A stretch of 64,000 nt of DNA from Balanoglossus misakiensis (Eukaryota; Animalia; Hemichordata). The stretch spans positions 1-64,000 of the forward strand of contig CM082582.2 in the NCBI GenBank assembly GCA_040954595.2, written 5' to 3'. Below are positions 14,001 through 26,900 of the stretch, one piece after another. Within the stretch, counting starts at the first letter, position 1, and each line of letters starts with the position of its first letter. Position numbers and translations under genes: made by a program. The notes under the pieces were generated by a model that worked only from the letters and a program-made list of their open reading frames with translations, was not told where the DNA came from and made no database searches.

Positions 14001-17000
14001 GCGTGCATTTATGTATCTATTGTTTATTTAATCATATTTTTTTCAAAATATACAATGTGCATATAACATCATTTTATACCGAATTAAATAGTTTTTTTTA
14101 TCATATGTTCTAACAGTGTTTACATGCCTAAATTAGTGTTTTGAAATGTTTCTTGTCTTTTTAAATATAAAAAAGCAATGTGGAACATACATCGTTTTTT
14201 ATGTCGTATTGAAAAGTTTTCGTGCCAAAATATTGTGTTTAAGTAATACTTTCAGTGAAAGTTTTTGAATGATTATAATGTGTTTAAAAGCCTTAAATCT
14301 AGAGAAAAATTTTAAAAGGAATTTAGAATGTTTATAATACTAAATAAGGGTGTGTTTGAGTTAAATGTGCGATAAGAAGTTTTCTGGCCCGAATAAAGGA
14401 TGGTTTTATGTTATGTTCAAAGAAAGGTTTTAGAATGATTTAACAGTTTTCCAAAGGCTTAAATAGGGGAAAAATATAAAAAAATTTCAAAAAAGGTTTT
14501 TAAAAATGATCCCACATTGTTTTTTAGCCTGAATAAGTGGTTTTGAATTTAAAATGCTTATTGAATCGTTTTTATTTAATACATGCGATAAGAAACTAAT
14601 AACGTTTTTAGTATCGTTTTGAGCAGTTTTCTTGCCAAATAATGTTTTTTTGTAATACATTCAAAAGAGACTTTAGAATGATAAGCAAAACATTTATATT
14701 GCTTATTAAATCATTTTCATATTAAAAACTTAATTTTGGCTTATTTGACTTTTATTCAATACATATACGAATCAAAACATCTATTTTATATCAGTTTTTG
14801 GAGTTTATTATATTTTCAGATGAAAATAATTCGCAAGCCTAAAAATATTGGGTGTTTTTGAATTTGAAATCAGTATCTAATAATTTCTATTTAAAAGTGC
14901 GTTATGGACCAAATATCGTTTTAGTATTGCATTTAAAGTTTTTGTGCACAAATTAATGGTTATTTAGTAGCATATTCAAAGAAATGATTTAGAATGAAAG
15001 TGTTCTGAAGCCTTTAATCATGTTGCATTCATGTTGAAATCGATTGTTAAAACATTTTCATTTGAAGAAAACAATGTGAATAAAAACGATTTTATTCCTA
15101 ATTAAACCCTTTAAGTGAAAAATAATGCGTTTCATATCAAATTTCAAAGACGGGTTGAATAAAGATCTCAGGGTGCTTTTTATGCCTGAATAAGTGTGTA
15201 TTTAACTTTAAAATGCTTTACGGATCATTTTTATTTAAAACCTGATATGGAACAAGTATTGTTTTAGTGTCGTTTTAAACAGTTTTCATTCCCAAATAAT
15301 TAGTTTTTTATCATCTATACAAAGAAAGGTTTAAGAATTACATATTACTGTATAAGAGCTTTAAATATGCGTGCATTTATGTATCTATTGTTTATTTAAT
15401 CATATTTTTTTCAAAATATACAATGTGCATATAACATCATTTTATACCGAATTAAATAGTTTTTTTTATCATATGTTCTAACAGTGTTTACATGCCTAAA
15501 TTAGTGTTTTGAAATGTTTCTTGTCTTTATAAATATAAAAAAGCAATGTGGAACATACATCGTTTTTTATGTCGTATTGAAAAGTTTTCGTGCCAAAATA
15601 TTGTGTTTAAGTAATACTTTCAGTGAAAGTTTTTGAATGATTATAATGTGTTTAAAAGCCTTAAATCGAGAGAAAGTTTTTAAAAGGAATTTAGAATGTT
15701 TATAATCCTAAATAAGATTGTGTTTGAGTTAAATGTGCGATATGAAGTTTTTGGGCCCGAATAAAGGATGGTTTTATGTTATGTTCAAAGAAAGGTTTTA
15801 GAATGATTTAACAGTTTTCCAAAGGCTTAAATAGGGATGTAAATATATAGAAATTGCTTGTTAAATCATTTCCGTTAAACATACGCTTTGTGAATATGAC
15901 ATTGATTTTATAAGGTATTAAACATTTTTTTGAAAAATTAACGCGTGTTATAGAAAAAAATTTCAAAAAGGTTTTTAATAATGACCCCACACTGTTTTTT
16001 AGCCTAAATAAGTGGTTTTGAATTTAAAATGCTTATTGAATCGTTTTTATTTAATACATGCGATATGAAACTAACAGTGTTTTTACTATCGTATTGAGCA
16101 GTTTTCATGTCAAATAATGTTTTTTTGTAATACATTGAAAAGAGACTTTAGAATGATAAGCAAAACATTTATATTGGAAATGCTTATTAAATCATTTTCA
16201 AATTAAAAACTTAATTTTAGCTTATTTGATTTTTATTCAATACATATACGAATCAAAACATCTATTTTATATCAGTTTTTGGAGTTTATTATATTTTCAG
16301 ATGAAAATAATTCGCAAGCCTAGAAATATTGGGTGTTTTTGAATTTGAAATCAGTATCTAATAATTTCTATTTAAAAGTGCGTTATGGACCGAATATCGT
16401 TTTAGTATTGTATTTAAAGTTTTTGTGCACAAATTAATGGTTGTTTTGTAGCATATTCAAAGAAATGATTTAGAATGATTTTAAAGTGTTCTGAAGCCTT
16501 TAATCATGTTGCATTCATGTTAAAATCGCTTGTTAAAACATTTTTATTTGAAGTAATCAATGTGAATAAAAACGATTTTATACCCTTTAAGTGAAAAATA
16601 ATGCGTTTTATATCAAATTTCAAAAACGGGTTAAATAATGATCTGAGCGTGCTTATGCCTAAATAAGTTTGTATTTAACTTTAAAATGCTTTACGGATCA
16701 TTTTTATTTATATTTCCTGAAATATGGAACAAGCATTGTTTTAGTATCGTTTTAAACAGTTTTCACTCCCAAATAATTAGTTTTTTATCATTTATACAAA
16801 GAAAAGTTTAAGAATTATATATTACTGTATTCGAGCTTTAAATATGCGTGTATTTATGTATCGATTATTTATTTAATCATATTTTTTTCAAAATATACAA
16901 TGTCATTTTATAGTGTATTAAATAGTTTTTTTATCAAATGTTCTAACAGTGTTTAAATGCCTAAATTAGTGTTTTGAAATGTTTCTTGTCTTTTTAGATA

Positions 17001-19720
17001 TAAAAAAGCAATATGGAACAAACATCGTTTTTTATGTCGTATTGAAAAGTTATATAAAGTGTTTAAAAGCCTTTAATCGAGAGAAAAATTTTAAAAGGAA
17101 TTTAGAATGTTCATAATCCTAAATAAGGCCGTGTTTGAGTTAAATGTGCGATATGAAGTTTTTGGGCCCAAATAAAGGATGGTTTTATGTTATGTTCAAA
17201 GAAAGGTTTTAGAACGATTTAACAGTTTTCCAAAGGCTTAAAAAGGGGTGTAAATATATAGAAATTGCTTGTTAAATCATTTCCGTTAAACATACGCTTT
17301 GTGAATATGACATTGATTCTATAAGGTATTAAACATTTTTTGTGAAAAATTAAAGCGTGTTATAGAAAAAAATTTCAAAAAGGTTTTTAAAAAATGATCC
17401 CACATTGTTTTTTAGCATAAATAAGTGGTTTTGAATTTAAAATGCTTATTGAATCGTTTTTATTTAATACATGCGATATGAAACTAATAACGTTTTTAAT
17501 ATCGTTTTGAGCAGTTTTCTTGCCAAATAATGTTTTTTTTGTAATACATTCAAAAGAGACTTTAGAATGATAAGCAAAACATTTATATTGCTTATTAAAT
17601 CATTTTCATATTAAAAACTTAATTTTGGCTTATTTGATTTTATTCAATACATATACGAATCTAAACATCTATTTTATATCAGTTTTTGGAGTTAATTATA
17701 TTTTCAGATAAAAATAATTCGCAAGCCTAAAAATATTGGGTGTTTTTGAGTTTGAAATCACTATCTAATAATTTTTATTTAAAAGTGCGTTATGGACCAT
17801 ATATCGTTTTAGTATTGTATTTAAAGTTTTTGTGCACAAATTAATGGTTATATTCAAAGAAATTATTTAGAATGATTTTCAAGTGTTTTGAAGCCTTTAA
17901 TCATGTTGCATTCATGTTGAAATCGCTTGTTAAAACATTTTCATTTGAAGTAAACAATGTGAATAAAAACGATTTCATACCGTAATTAAACCCTTTAAGT
18001 GAAAAATAATGCGTTTTATATCAAATTTCAAAGACGGGTTAAATAATGATACCAGGGTGCTTTTTATGCCTAAATAAGTTTGTATTTAACTTTAAAATGC
18101 TTTACGGATCATTTTTATTTAAAACCTGAAATATGGAACAAGCATTGTTTTAATATCGTTTTAAACAGTTTTCATTCCCAAATAATTAGCTTTTTATCAT
18201 ATATACAAAGAAAGGTTTAAGAATTATATATTACTCTATTAGAGCTTTAAATATGCTTGTATTTATGTATCGATTGTTTATTTAATCATATTTTTTTAAA
18301 ATATACAATGTGCATATAACATCATTTTATATCGTATTAAATAGTTTTTTTTACCAAATGTTCTAACAGTGTTTACATGCCTAAATTAGTGTTTTGAAAT
18401 GTTTCTTGTCTTTTTAAATGTAAAAAAGCAATATGGAACATACATCGTTTTTTATGTCGTATTGAGAAGTTTTCGTGCCAAAATATTGTGTTTAAGTAAT
18501 ACTTTCAATGAAAGTTTTTGAATGATTATAAAGTGTTTAAAAGCCTTAAATCGAGAGAAAAATTTTAAAAGTAATTTAGAATGTTTATAATCCTAAATAA
18601 GATTGTGTTTGAGTTAAATGTGCACGATGAAGTTTTTGGGCCCGAATAAAGGATGGTTTTGTGTTATGTTCAAAGAAAGGTTAGAATTATTTAACAGTTT
18701 TCCAAAGGCTTTAATAGGGGTGTAAATATATAGAAATTGCCTGTTAAATCATTTCCGTTAAACATACGCCTTTTGAATATGACATTGATTTTATAAGGTA
18801 TTAAACATTTTTGTGAGAAAATAAAGCTTCAAGGGTTTAATAATGATCCCACATTGTTTTTTTTGGCCTAAATAAGTGGTTTTCAATTTAAAATGCTTAT
18901 TGAATCGTTTTTATTTAAAACATGCAATATGAAACAAATAACATTTTACAGTGTCATATTGTGCAGTTTTCTTGCCAAATAATGTTTTTTTGTAATACTT
19001 TTAAAAAAGACTTTAGAATGATAGAAAACCGGTTCAATGCCTCGAAAAACATTTATATTGGAATTGCTTGCTAAATCATTTTTGTGAATTCTTGCATAAT
19101 AATTGTTTATAATTCCAAATATTAAAAACTTAGCTTATTAAATTAGATTATTATAGACGAAAATCATTTCAAAGTCTAAAAATATGGGCTGTTTTTGAGT
19201 TTGAAATCATTATCTAATAATTTTTATCAAAAACGTACGTTATGGACTAAATATCGTTTTGGTATTGTATTTAAAGATTTCGAATGATTTTAAAGTGTTC
19301 TGAAGCATTTAATCATTGTGTATTTATGTTGAAATCGCTTTTTAAATCATTTTCATTTGAAGTAAACAATGTGTGACAAAGTCTCTCTTGGAAGAGTTAT
19401 TACTCTCATATCACACAAGCGAGATGGGTGTCGGTAAATGTTGATTCTCTATATATCCACAAGGGGTGTTTATATTTTCGAAAACAAAGTTAATGTTTTA
19501 AGCCTTTTTTTAATTGGAAATGATAAATGAGTCATTTTAATTTATACTTGGAATATAGAATAATCATCATATTTGCACCCAAATAATGAGTTTTAAATAA
19601 TATTTTCAAAAAGATGATTCAAATTGATTTCCATTGTTTTGAATCCTTAATAAATAAATTTTATTAATTAGCTGTCAGAGAATTTGTAGGAGTTTGTATT
19701 ATTGACAGAAGTGAGTTCTT
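11093..19720 (-). repeat. AT-rich satellite C, proximal arm: ~1.4-kb higher-order repeat, ~6 units
   Basis: Marker aaaagccttaaatc(t)agagaa occurs at ~11096, 12921, 14289, 15657, 17068 and 18542. The 12921 and 14289 units are nearly identical (period 1368). Confidence 0.93.
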
Positions 19721-22700
19721 ATATGGTCAGGATCTTTGGTCGTGTATAAAAATTGCAGGTTTTGGTTCGGAATAGCGTAAAAGCGTTTTAAATTAGTTGG
19801 GTTAGCAGTACGAGTTTGGATTTTTGTTACATTAAGAGTTATTTGGTTGGCCTTCGAGTATTGATAACATGCTTGGGCAATGTTAGGGCTAGGGTCAATT
19901 TTGATTTGGTTTGGGATAATTGAGTTATGATAGGTTGGGTGACTGCCAGGATTTAAATTTGTGGTGGGGCTAGTGCGGCTTTGGGGATGTAGGTCTGGGT
20001 GCTGATAGGAGTGCGTGGGAATAGGTTGGGGTAAAGTTGTGTGGTAGTGGTGATAGCTGGCAAGGTCGCGAGCCTTAGTTAAAGTTTGGAGTTGGATCGG
20101 TGATTGTTGTTTGAGTAATAACGTATTTTTTAAGAGTACAATTCTGGGATTGACTTCGGGTCGAGGTTTGAGGTAAGATGTGGATTGTGTCGGTTTAAAT
20201 TGGGGTCCCAGTAAGGATTAGGTTTCGGGATGAGTGTGGAAGGATGATATACGGATGATAGATGGGATCAAATCATTGGGCGTGTATTTGCTACAAATGG
20301 TAGGTATTGGTTCGTAATAGAGTCTTGGTGTTGTATATTCAGGGTGGCAGTGGTATGAGTTTGGTTTAGGCCAATCTTTAAGTTAAATATTATTTGGGTT
20401 ACCACCGTTGAGAATTGATGCATTGATGCATTGATGATAAGTGGGGCAAGAATGATTGAGTTCGGTTTGTTTGGGCTATGATAGGTTGAGTGATGGCTAG
20501 GATTTGTGGTGGGAATAAGGTGTGGTCACGTAAGAGATTGAGGCATTATAGGGTCTGGTGCGGCTTGGGTGAACGAGGCAAGGGTGGTGATGAGGGTGCG
20601 AGTAGGAGTATGTTCGGGTAAAGTTGGGTGTGAGTGGTGTTGGGGTGGTGGGTGATAGCTGACAAGGTCGTGTGAGTTAGTTTAGGTTTTGAGTTGGATC
20701 GATGATTGTTGTTTGAGCAATAAGGTATTTTTGAGAGTACAACACTGGGATTGACTTCGGGGAGAGGTTTGAGGTACGAATGGGATTGGGTCATTGGTTT
20801 AAGGTGGGGTTCCGTAAGGATTAGGTTTTTGGATGAGTGTGGATGAATGATATATGGGTGATAGATGGGATGGGTGATAGATGAATATTTGAAGGGATTA
20901 AATCTTTTGTCGCCTATTTTCTACAAATGGTTTGTAAAAAAAGAGTCCTGATGTATTGTTGGAGTGGAAGCGGTATGAGTTAAGTGTTATTTGGTTTGCC
21001 GTCGGGTATTGATGGTAGGCTTAGGGTAGGGTCAATTTTGATTTGGTTTGGATTGTTTTGGCATAATCGGTTGGGTGACTGCCAGGATTTAAATTTGTGG
21101 TTGGTGTAAGGTGTGGTGTAAGAGATGGTGCGGTTTTGGTGAAGGAGGCCAGGGTGGTGATGGGAGTGCGAGTGTGAATAGGTTTGGGTAAAGTTGGGTG
21201 GGAGTGGTGACGGGGTGGTGAGTGGTAGCTGATTTAGTTTAACATTATAGTTTGATAGGTGATTGGTGTTTGAGTAATATGAATTTTTTTGATAGTATAA
21301 TTCTTGCATTGACTTCGGGGTGATGTTTGAGGTACGAAGTTGATTGGGTTATCGGATTAGGGTGGGGCCCAGTAAGGATTAAGTTTCGGGATGAGTGTGG
21401 AATGATGATATATGGGATCAAATCTTTGGTCGTGTATTTGCTACAAATGGTAGGTATTGGTTCGTAATAGAGTCTTGGTGTTGTATATTTCGGGTGGCAG
21501 TGGTATGAGTTTGGTTTATGCCAATCTTTAAGTTAAGTGTTATTTGGGTTACCACCGTTGAGCATTGATGGCTTGGTTGATGATAAGTGGGGCAAGAATG
21601 ATTGAGTTTGGTTTGTTTGGGCTATGATAGGTTGAGTGATGGCTAGGATTTGTGGTGGTCACGTAAGAGATTGAGGCATTATAGGGTCTGGTGCGGTTTT
21701 GGTGAAGGAGGCCAGGGCGGTGATGAGGGTACGAGTAGGAGTATGTTCGGGTAAAGTTGGATGTGAGTGGTGTTGGGGTGGTGGGTGATAGCTGACAAGG
21801 TCGTGTGAGTTAGTTTAAGTTTAGAGTTGGATCGATGATTGGTGTTTGAGCAATAAGGTATTTTTTGAGAGTACAATACTGGGATTGACTTCGGGTAGGG
21901 GTTTGAGGTACGAATGGGATTGGGTCATTGGTTTAAGGTGGGGTTCCAGTAAGGATTTGGTTTTGGGATGAGTGTGGATGAATGATATATGGGTGATAGA
22001 TGGGATGGGTGATAGATGAATATTTGAAGGGATTAAATCTTTGGTCGTCTATTATCTACAAATGGTTTGTAAAAAAAGAGTCCTGATGTATTGTTGGAGT
22101 GGCAGCGGTATGAGTTAAGTGTTATTTGGTTTGCCGTCGGGTATTGATGGTAGGCTTAGGGTAGGGTCAATTTTGATTTGGTTTGGATTGTTTTGGCATA
22201 ATAGGTTGGGTGACTGCCAGGATTTAAATTTGTGGTTGGTGTAAGGTGTGGTGTAAGAGATGGTGCGGTTTTGGTGAAGGAGGCCAGGGTGGTGATGGGA
22301 GTGCGAGTGTGAATAGGTTTGGGTAAAGTTGGGTGGGAGTGGTGACGGGGTGGTGAGTGGTAGCTGAGTTAGTTTAACATTATAGTTTGATAGGTGATTG
22401 GTGTTTGAGTAATAAGAATTTTTTTGATAGTATAATTCTTGCATTGACTTCGGGGTGATGTTTGAGGTACGAAGTTGATTGGGTTATCGGATTAGGGTGG
22501 GGCCACAGTAAGGATTAGGTTTCGGCATGAGTGTGGAAGGATGATATATGGATGATAGATGGGATCAAATCTTTGGTCGTGTATTTGCTACAAATGGTAG
22601 GTATTGGTTCGTAATATCGTCTTGGTTTTGTATATTTGGGGTGGCAGTGGTATGAGTTTGGATTTATGCCAATCTTTAAGTTATTTGGGTTGCCGTTGAG

Positions 22701-23150
22701 CATTGATAGCTTGGATGATGATAAGTGGGGCTAGGGTCAATTTTGTTTGGGTTTGGGTTGTTTGGGCTATGATAGGTTGGGTGATGGCTAGGATTTGTGG
22801 TGGGTGTAAGGTGTGGAGTAAAAGAGGGAGGCATTATGTGGTCTGCTGCGGTTTTGGTGAAGGAGGCCAGGGTGATGATGGGGGAACGAGTGGGAATAGG
22901 CTGGGGTGAAGTTGGGTGGGAGTAGTGACGGGATGGTGAAAGTGTAAGTTTGGAATTGGATCGATGATTGGTGTTTGAGTAATAAAGTATTTTTTGAGAG
23001 TACAATTCTGGGACTGACTTCGGGGTGAGGTTTTGAGGTACGAAGGGGATTGGGTCATGGGATTAATGTGGGGTCCCAGTAAGGATTAGGTTTCGGGATG
23101 AGTGTGGATGAATGATCTATGGATGATAGATGGGATGGGTGATAGATGAA
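19721..23150 (-). repeat. Repeat B array, proximal arm: ~6 monomers of ~525/620 bp forming a ~1135-bp dimer
   Basis: tacaaatggt occurs at ~20292, 20921, 21443, 22057 and 22589. Near-identical ORF-track translations sit at 20980/22115 and 20546/21679. Confidence 0.93.
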
Positions 23151-23400
23151 TATTAGGATGGTTCAAAGATGGATGGTAACAGATGGATGTATAAATGATG
23201 GATGAATGACAGATGGATTTAACTTAATTTGATTGTTTAATATAATGTATTTTAATTAATTTGTTTTGTTTTGATTTAATTTGATTTTTATTTGATTTAA
23301 TTAATATAATTTATTTTACTCTAATTTAATTTTATAACATTAATAATATGATTTCGATTTAATTTAATTTCATTTATTTCAATTTGATTTGATTTGAGTG
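23150..23400. repeat. Low-complexity (GATG)n-like tract followed by a (TTTAA/TTTGA)n tract
   Basis: gatggatg repeats to ~23218, then tttaatttgat pentamers. Confidence 0.8.
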
Positions 23401-23952
23401 CTATTCCTTTTATTAAATGAACACACGTACACAATAGGTGAATCGGCTCAATGGGCAACAATTTTAATGAACTGAAGAAAGAAGAAATTGTACATCGAAG
23501 TGAAAGGCTTCCCTAAGGTCACAAAATTTCGTGTATAAAGACTGCATTGTGTGCTCAATCATCCCAAACGCCAGGGGTCTAACTGCTCTGGATGCTGAGA
23601 TATGAGAAAGTAAGTCAAAGGTCACCCAAAATTGGGGCATAAAATTTTGACCCCATGGTGGGCCTCCAACCAAAACCAGACCTCCAGCCCTATCATGTGA
23701 CTAATTAAATATTTACGAGCCACTGCAATCATTGGTCCCTATCACCCTACCAAGTTTCAGCCCCATAGGTTATGCGGTTTTCGAAATCCGGTCGAATTTT
23801 GGAGAATTATTAAAGCTGCAAGCAGCGCTGATCTGGAATTATTTATGTACATTATGAATTATAGGAAACATAATGCTCTATCAGGTGTTTATCCCAGGCA
23901 AGGGTTATACAATACAAAAGCGATGTTATTTCCATATCGCATGTTTTTAATA

Positions 23953-26900
23953 TTTGACCCTTGACTCTCGATCTCTAACACTTTACCTTTGACCATTGAC
24001 CAGCTGTCTGAACTATAACCCTTGAACCCCTTGACCCTCGATCTCCAACTCTTAAACCCTTGACCTTTGACCCTTGAACTCTAACATTTGACCCTTGAGT
24101 CTTGATCTCTAACCCTTGACCTTAGACCCTTGAACCCAAAACTCTTGACTCTTGAACCTGACCACTGACCCTGCTTGACCCATCAACTATAATCCTTGAC
24201 CTTTGACCCTTGACCCCTTGACCCTCAATCTCCAACTCTTAAACTCTAACCATTGACCTTTGAACTCTAATCCTTGACCATTGAACTCCAACACTTGATC
24301 CTTGACCACTTGAACCTTGGACTCTAACCATTGAACCTTTGACCCATGACCTCCAACCCTTGACCCATGAGCTCTTACCCTTGACCCTTGAACTCTTACC
24401 TTGACCCTTGAACTCTTACCTTTGACATTTGATCTCTAACCCTTGACCTATGACCTTTGAAATCTAACCTTTGACCCTTGAAACAAAACACTTGACCCTT
24501 AAACCCTAAACTTAACAACTGACCCATAATGCTTGACCCTTAAACCCTTGACCCTTAAACTATAACCCTTGAACGTCAACTGTTGACCCATCAACTATAA
24601 TCCATGACCTTTGACCCTTGATCTCCAACTCTTGAACTCTAACCCCTGACCTTTGTCGCTTGAACTCTAACCCTTGACCCTTGAACTCGAACCCTTTAAC
24701 TCTAACATTTGACCCTTGAACTCTTATCCTTGACATTTGATCTCTAACCCTTGACCTTTGACCCTTGATATTTAACCCTTGACCCTTGAAACAAAATTCT
24801 TGATCCTTGAACCCAAAACTTGACAACTGACCCTGAATGCTTGACCCTTAAACCCTTGACCCTAGAACCCTTGACCATTAAACTCTAACCCTTGAACGCC
24901 AACTGTTGACCCATCAACAATAATCCTTGACCTTTGACCCTTGACCCCTTGATCTCCAACTCTTGAACTCTAACCCTTGACCTTTGACCCTTGAACTCAA
25001 ATCCTTGGCTGGTGAACTCTAACCCTTGACCGTTGAACTCAAATCCTTGACCCTTGACCCCTTGAACTCTAACCCTTGATCCTTGTGCTCATAGCCTTGA
25101 CCCTTGACCCCCTTGACCCTCGATCTCCAACTCTTGAACTCTAACCCTTGACCCTTGACCCCTTGAACTCTAACCCTTGATCCTTGACCCCTTGAACCTT
25201 GGACTCCAACCATTAAACCTTTGACCCATGAACTCTAACCCTTGACCCTTGAGCTCTTACCCTTGACCCCATGACCCTCGATCTCCAACTCTTGAACTCT
25301 AACTCTTGACCCCTTGAACCTTGGACTCTGGCCATTGAACCTTTGACCCATGAACTCCAACCCTTGACCCTTGAGCTCTTACCCTTGAACCTTTGACCCT
25401 CAATCTCCAACTCTTTAACTCTAACCCTTGACCTTTGACCCTTGAACTCTTACCCTTGACTATTGATCTCTAACCCTTGATCTTTGACCCTTGAACTCTA
25501 ATCCTTTGACTCTTGAACTCTAACATTTGACCCTTGAGTCATGATCTCTCACCCTTGACCTTTGACCCTTGAAATTTAACTCTTGAACCCAAAACTCTTG
25601 ACCCTTGAACCTTACCACTGACCCTGCTTCACCCTTAAACCCTTGACCATTAAACTCTAACCCTTGACCTTTGAACTCTAATCCTTGACCTTTGACCCCT
25701 TGACCACTTGAACCTTGGACTCTAACCATTGAACCCTTGACCCATGAACTCCAACCCTTGACCCATGTGCTCTTACCCTTGACCCTTAACTTTACCCTTG
25801 ACCCTTGAACTCTTACCCTTGACATTTGATCTCTAACCCTTGACCTTTGAAAAAAACTCTTGACCCTTAAACCCTAAACTTGACAACTGACCCTTAAACT
25901 CTAACCCTTGAACGTCAACTGTTGACCCATCAACTATAATCCTTGACCTTTGACCCTTGATCTCCAACTCGTGAAGTCTGACCCTTGAACTCAAATCCTT
26001 GACCCAGGACCCCTTGACCATTGAGTTCTAACCCTTGATCCTTGACCCTTGAACCTTGGACTCTAACCCTTGACCCTCGATCTCCAAGTCTTGAACTCTA
26101 ACCCTTGACCTTTGACCCTTGAACTCTAATCCTTGACCCCTTGAACCATGGACTCAAACCATTGAACCTCTGACCCATGAACTCCAACCCTTGACCCTTG
26201 AGCTCTTACCCTTGACCCCTTGACCCCCGATCTCCAACTGTTGAACTCTAACCCTTGATCTTTGACCATTGAACTCTAACCCTTGACCCTTGAACTCTCA
26301 CATTTGACCCTTGAACTCTTACCCTTGACATTTGATCTATAACCCTCGACCTTTGAGCCTTGAAATCTAACCCTTGACCCTTGAAACTAAACTCTTGACC
26401 CTTAAACCCTAAACTTGATAACTGACCCTTAATGCTTGACCTTTAAACCCTTGACCCTAGAACCCTTGACCATTAAACTCTAACCCTTGAACGCCAACTG
26501 TTGACCCATCAACTATAATCCTTGACCTTTGCGCCTTGACCCCTTGAACTCTAACCCTTGACCTTTGACCCTTGAACCCAAATCATTGGCTCGTGAACTC
26601 TAACCCTTGACCGTTGAACTCAAATCCTTGACCCTTGACCCCTTGAACTTTAACCCTTGATCCGTGTGCTCATACCCTTGACCCTTGACCCTCGATCTCC
26701 AACTCTTGAACTCTAACCCTTGACCTTTGACCATTGAACTCTAACCCTTGATCCTTGACCCCTTGAAACTTGGACTCTAACCATTGAACCTCTGACCCAT
26801 GAACTCCAACCCTTGACCCTTGAAACTAAACTCTTGACCCTTAAACCCTAAACTTGACAACTGGCCCTTAAAGCTTGACCTTTAAACCCTTGACCCTAGA

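Noticed and set aside
11093-23150. Possible CRISPR-like repeat/spacer periodicity
   Set aside because: The intervening sequences are themselves repeated, there are no unique spacers or cas genes, and the context is eukaryotic.
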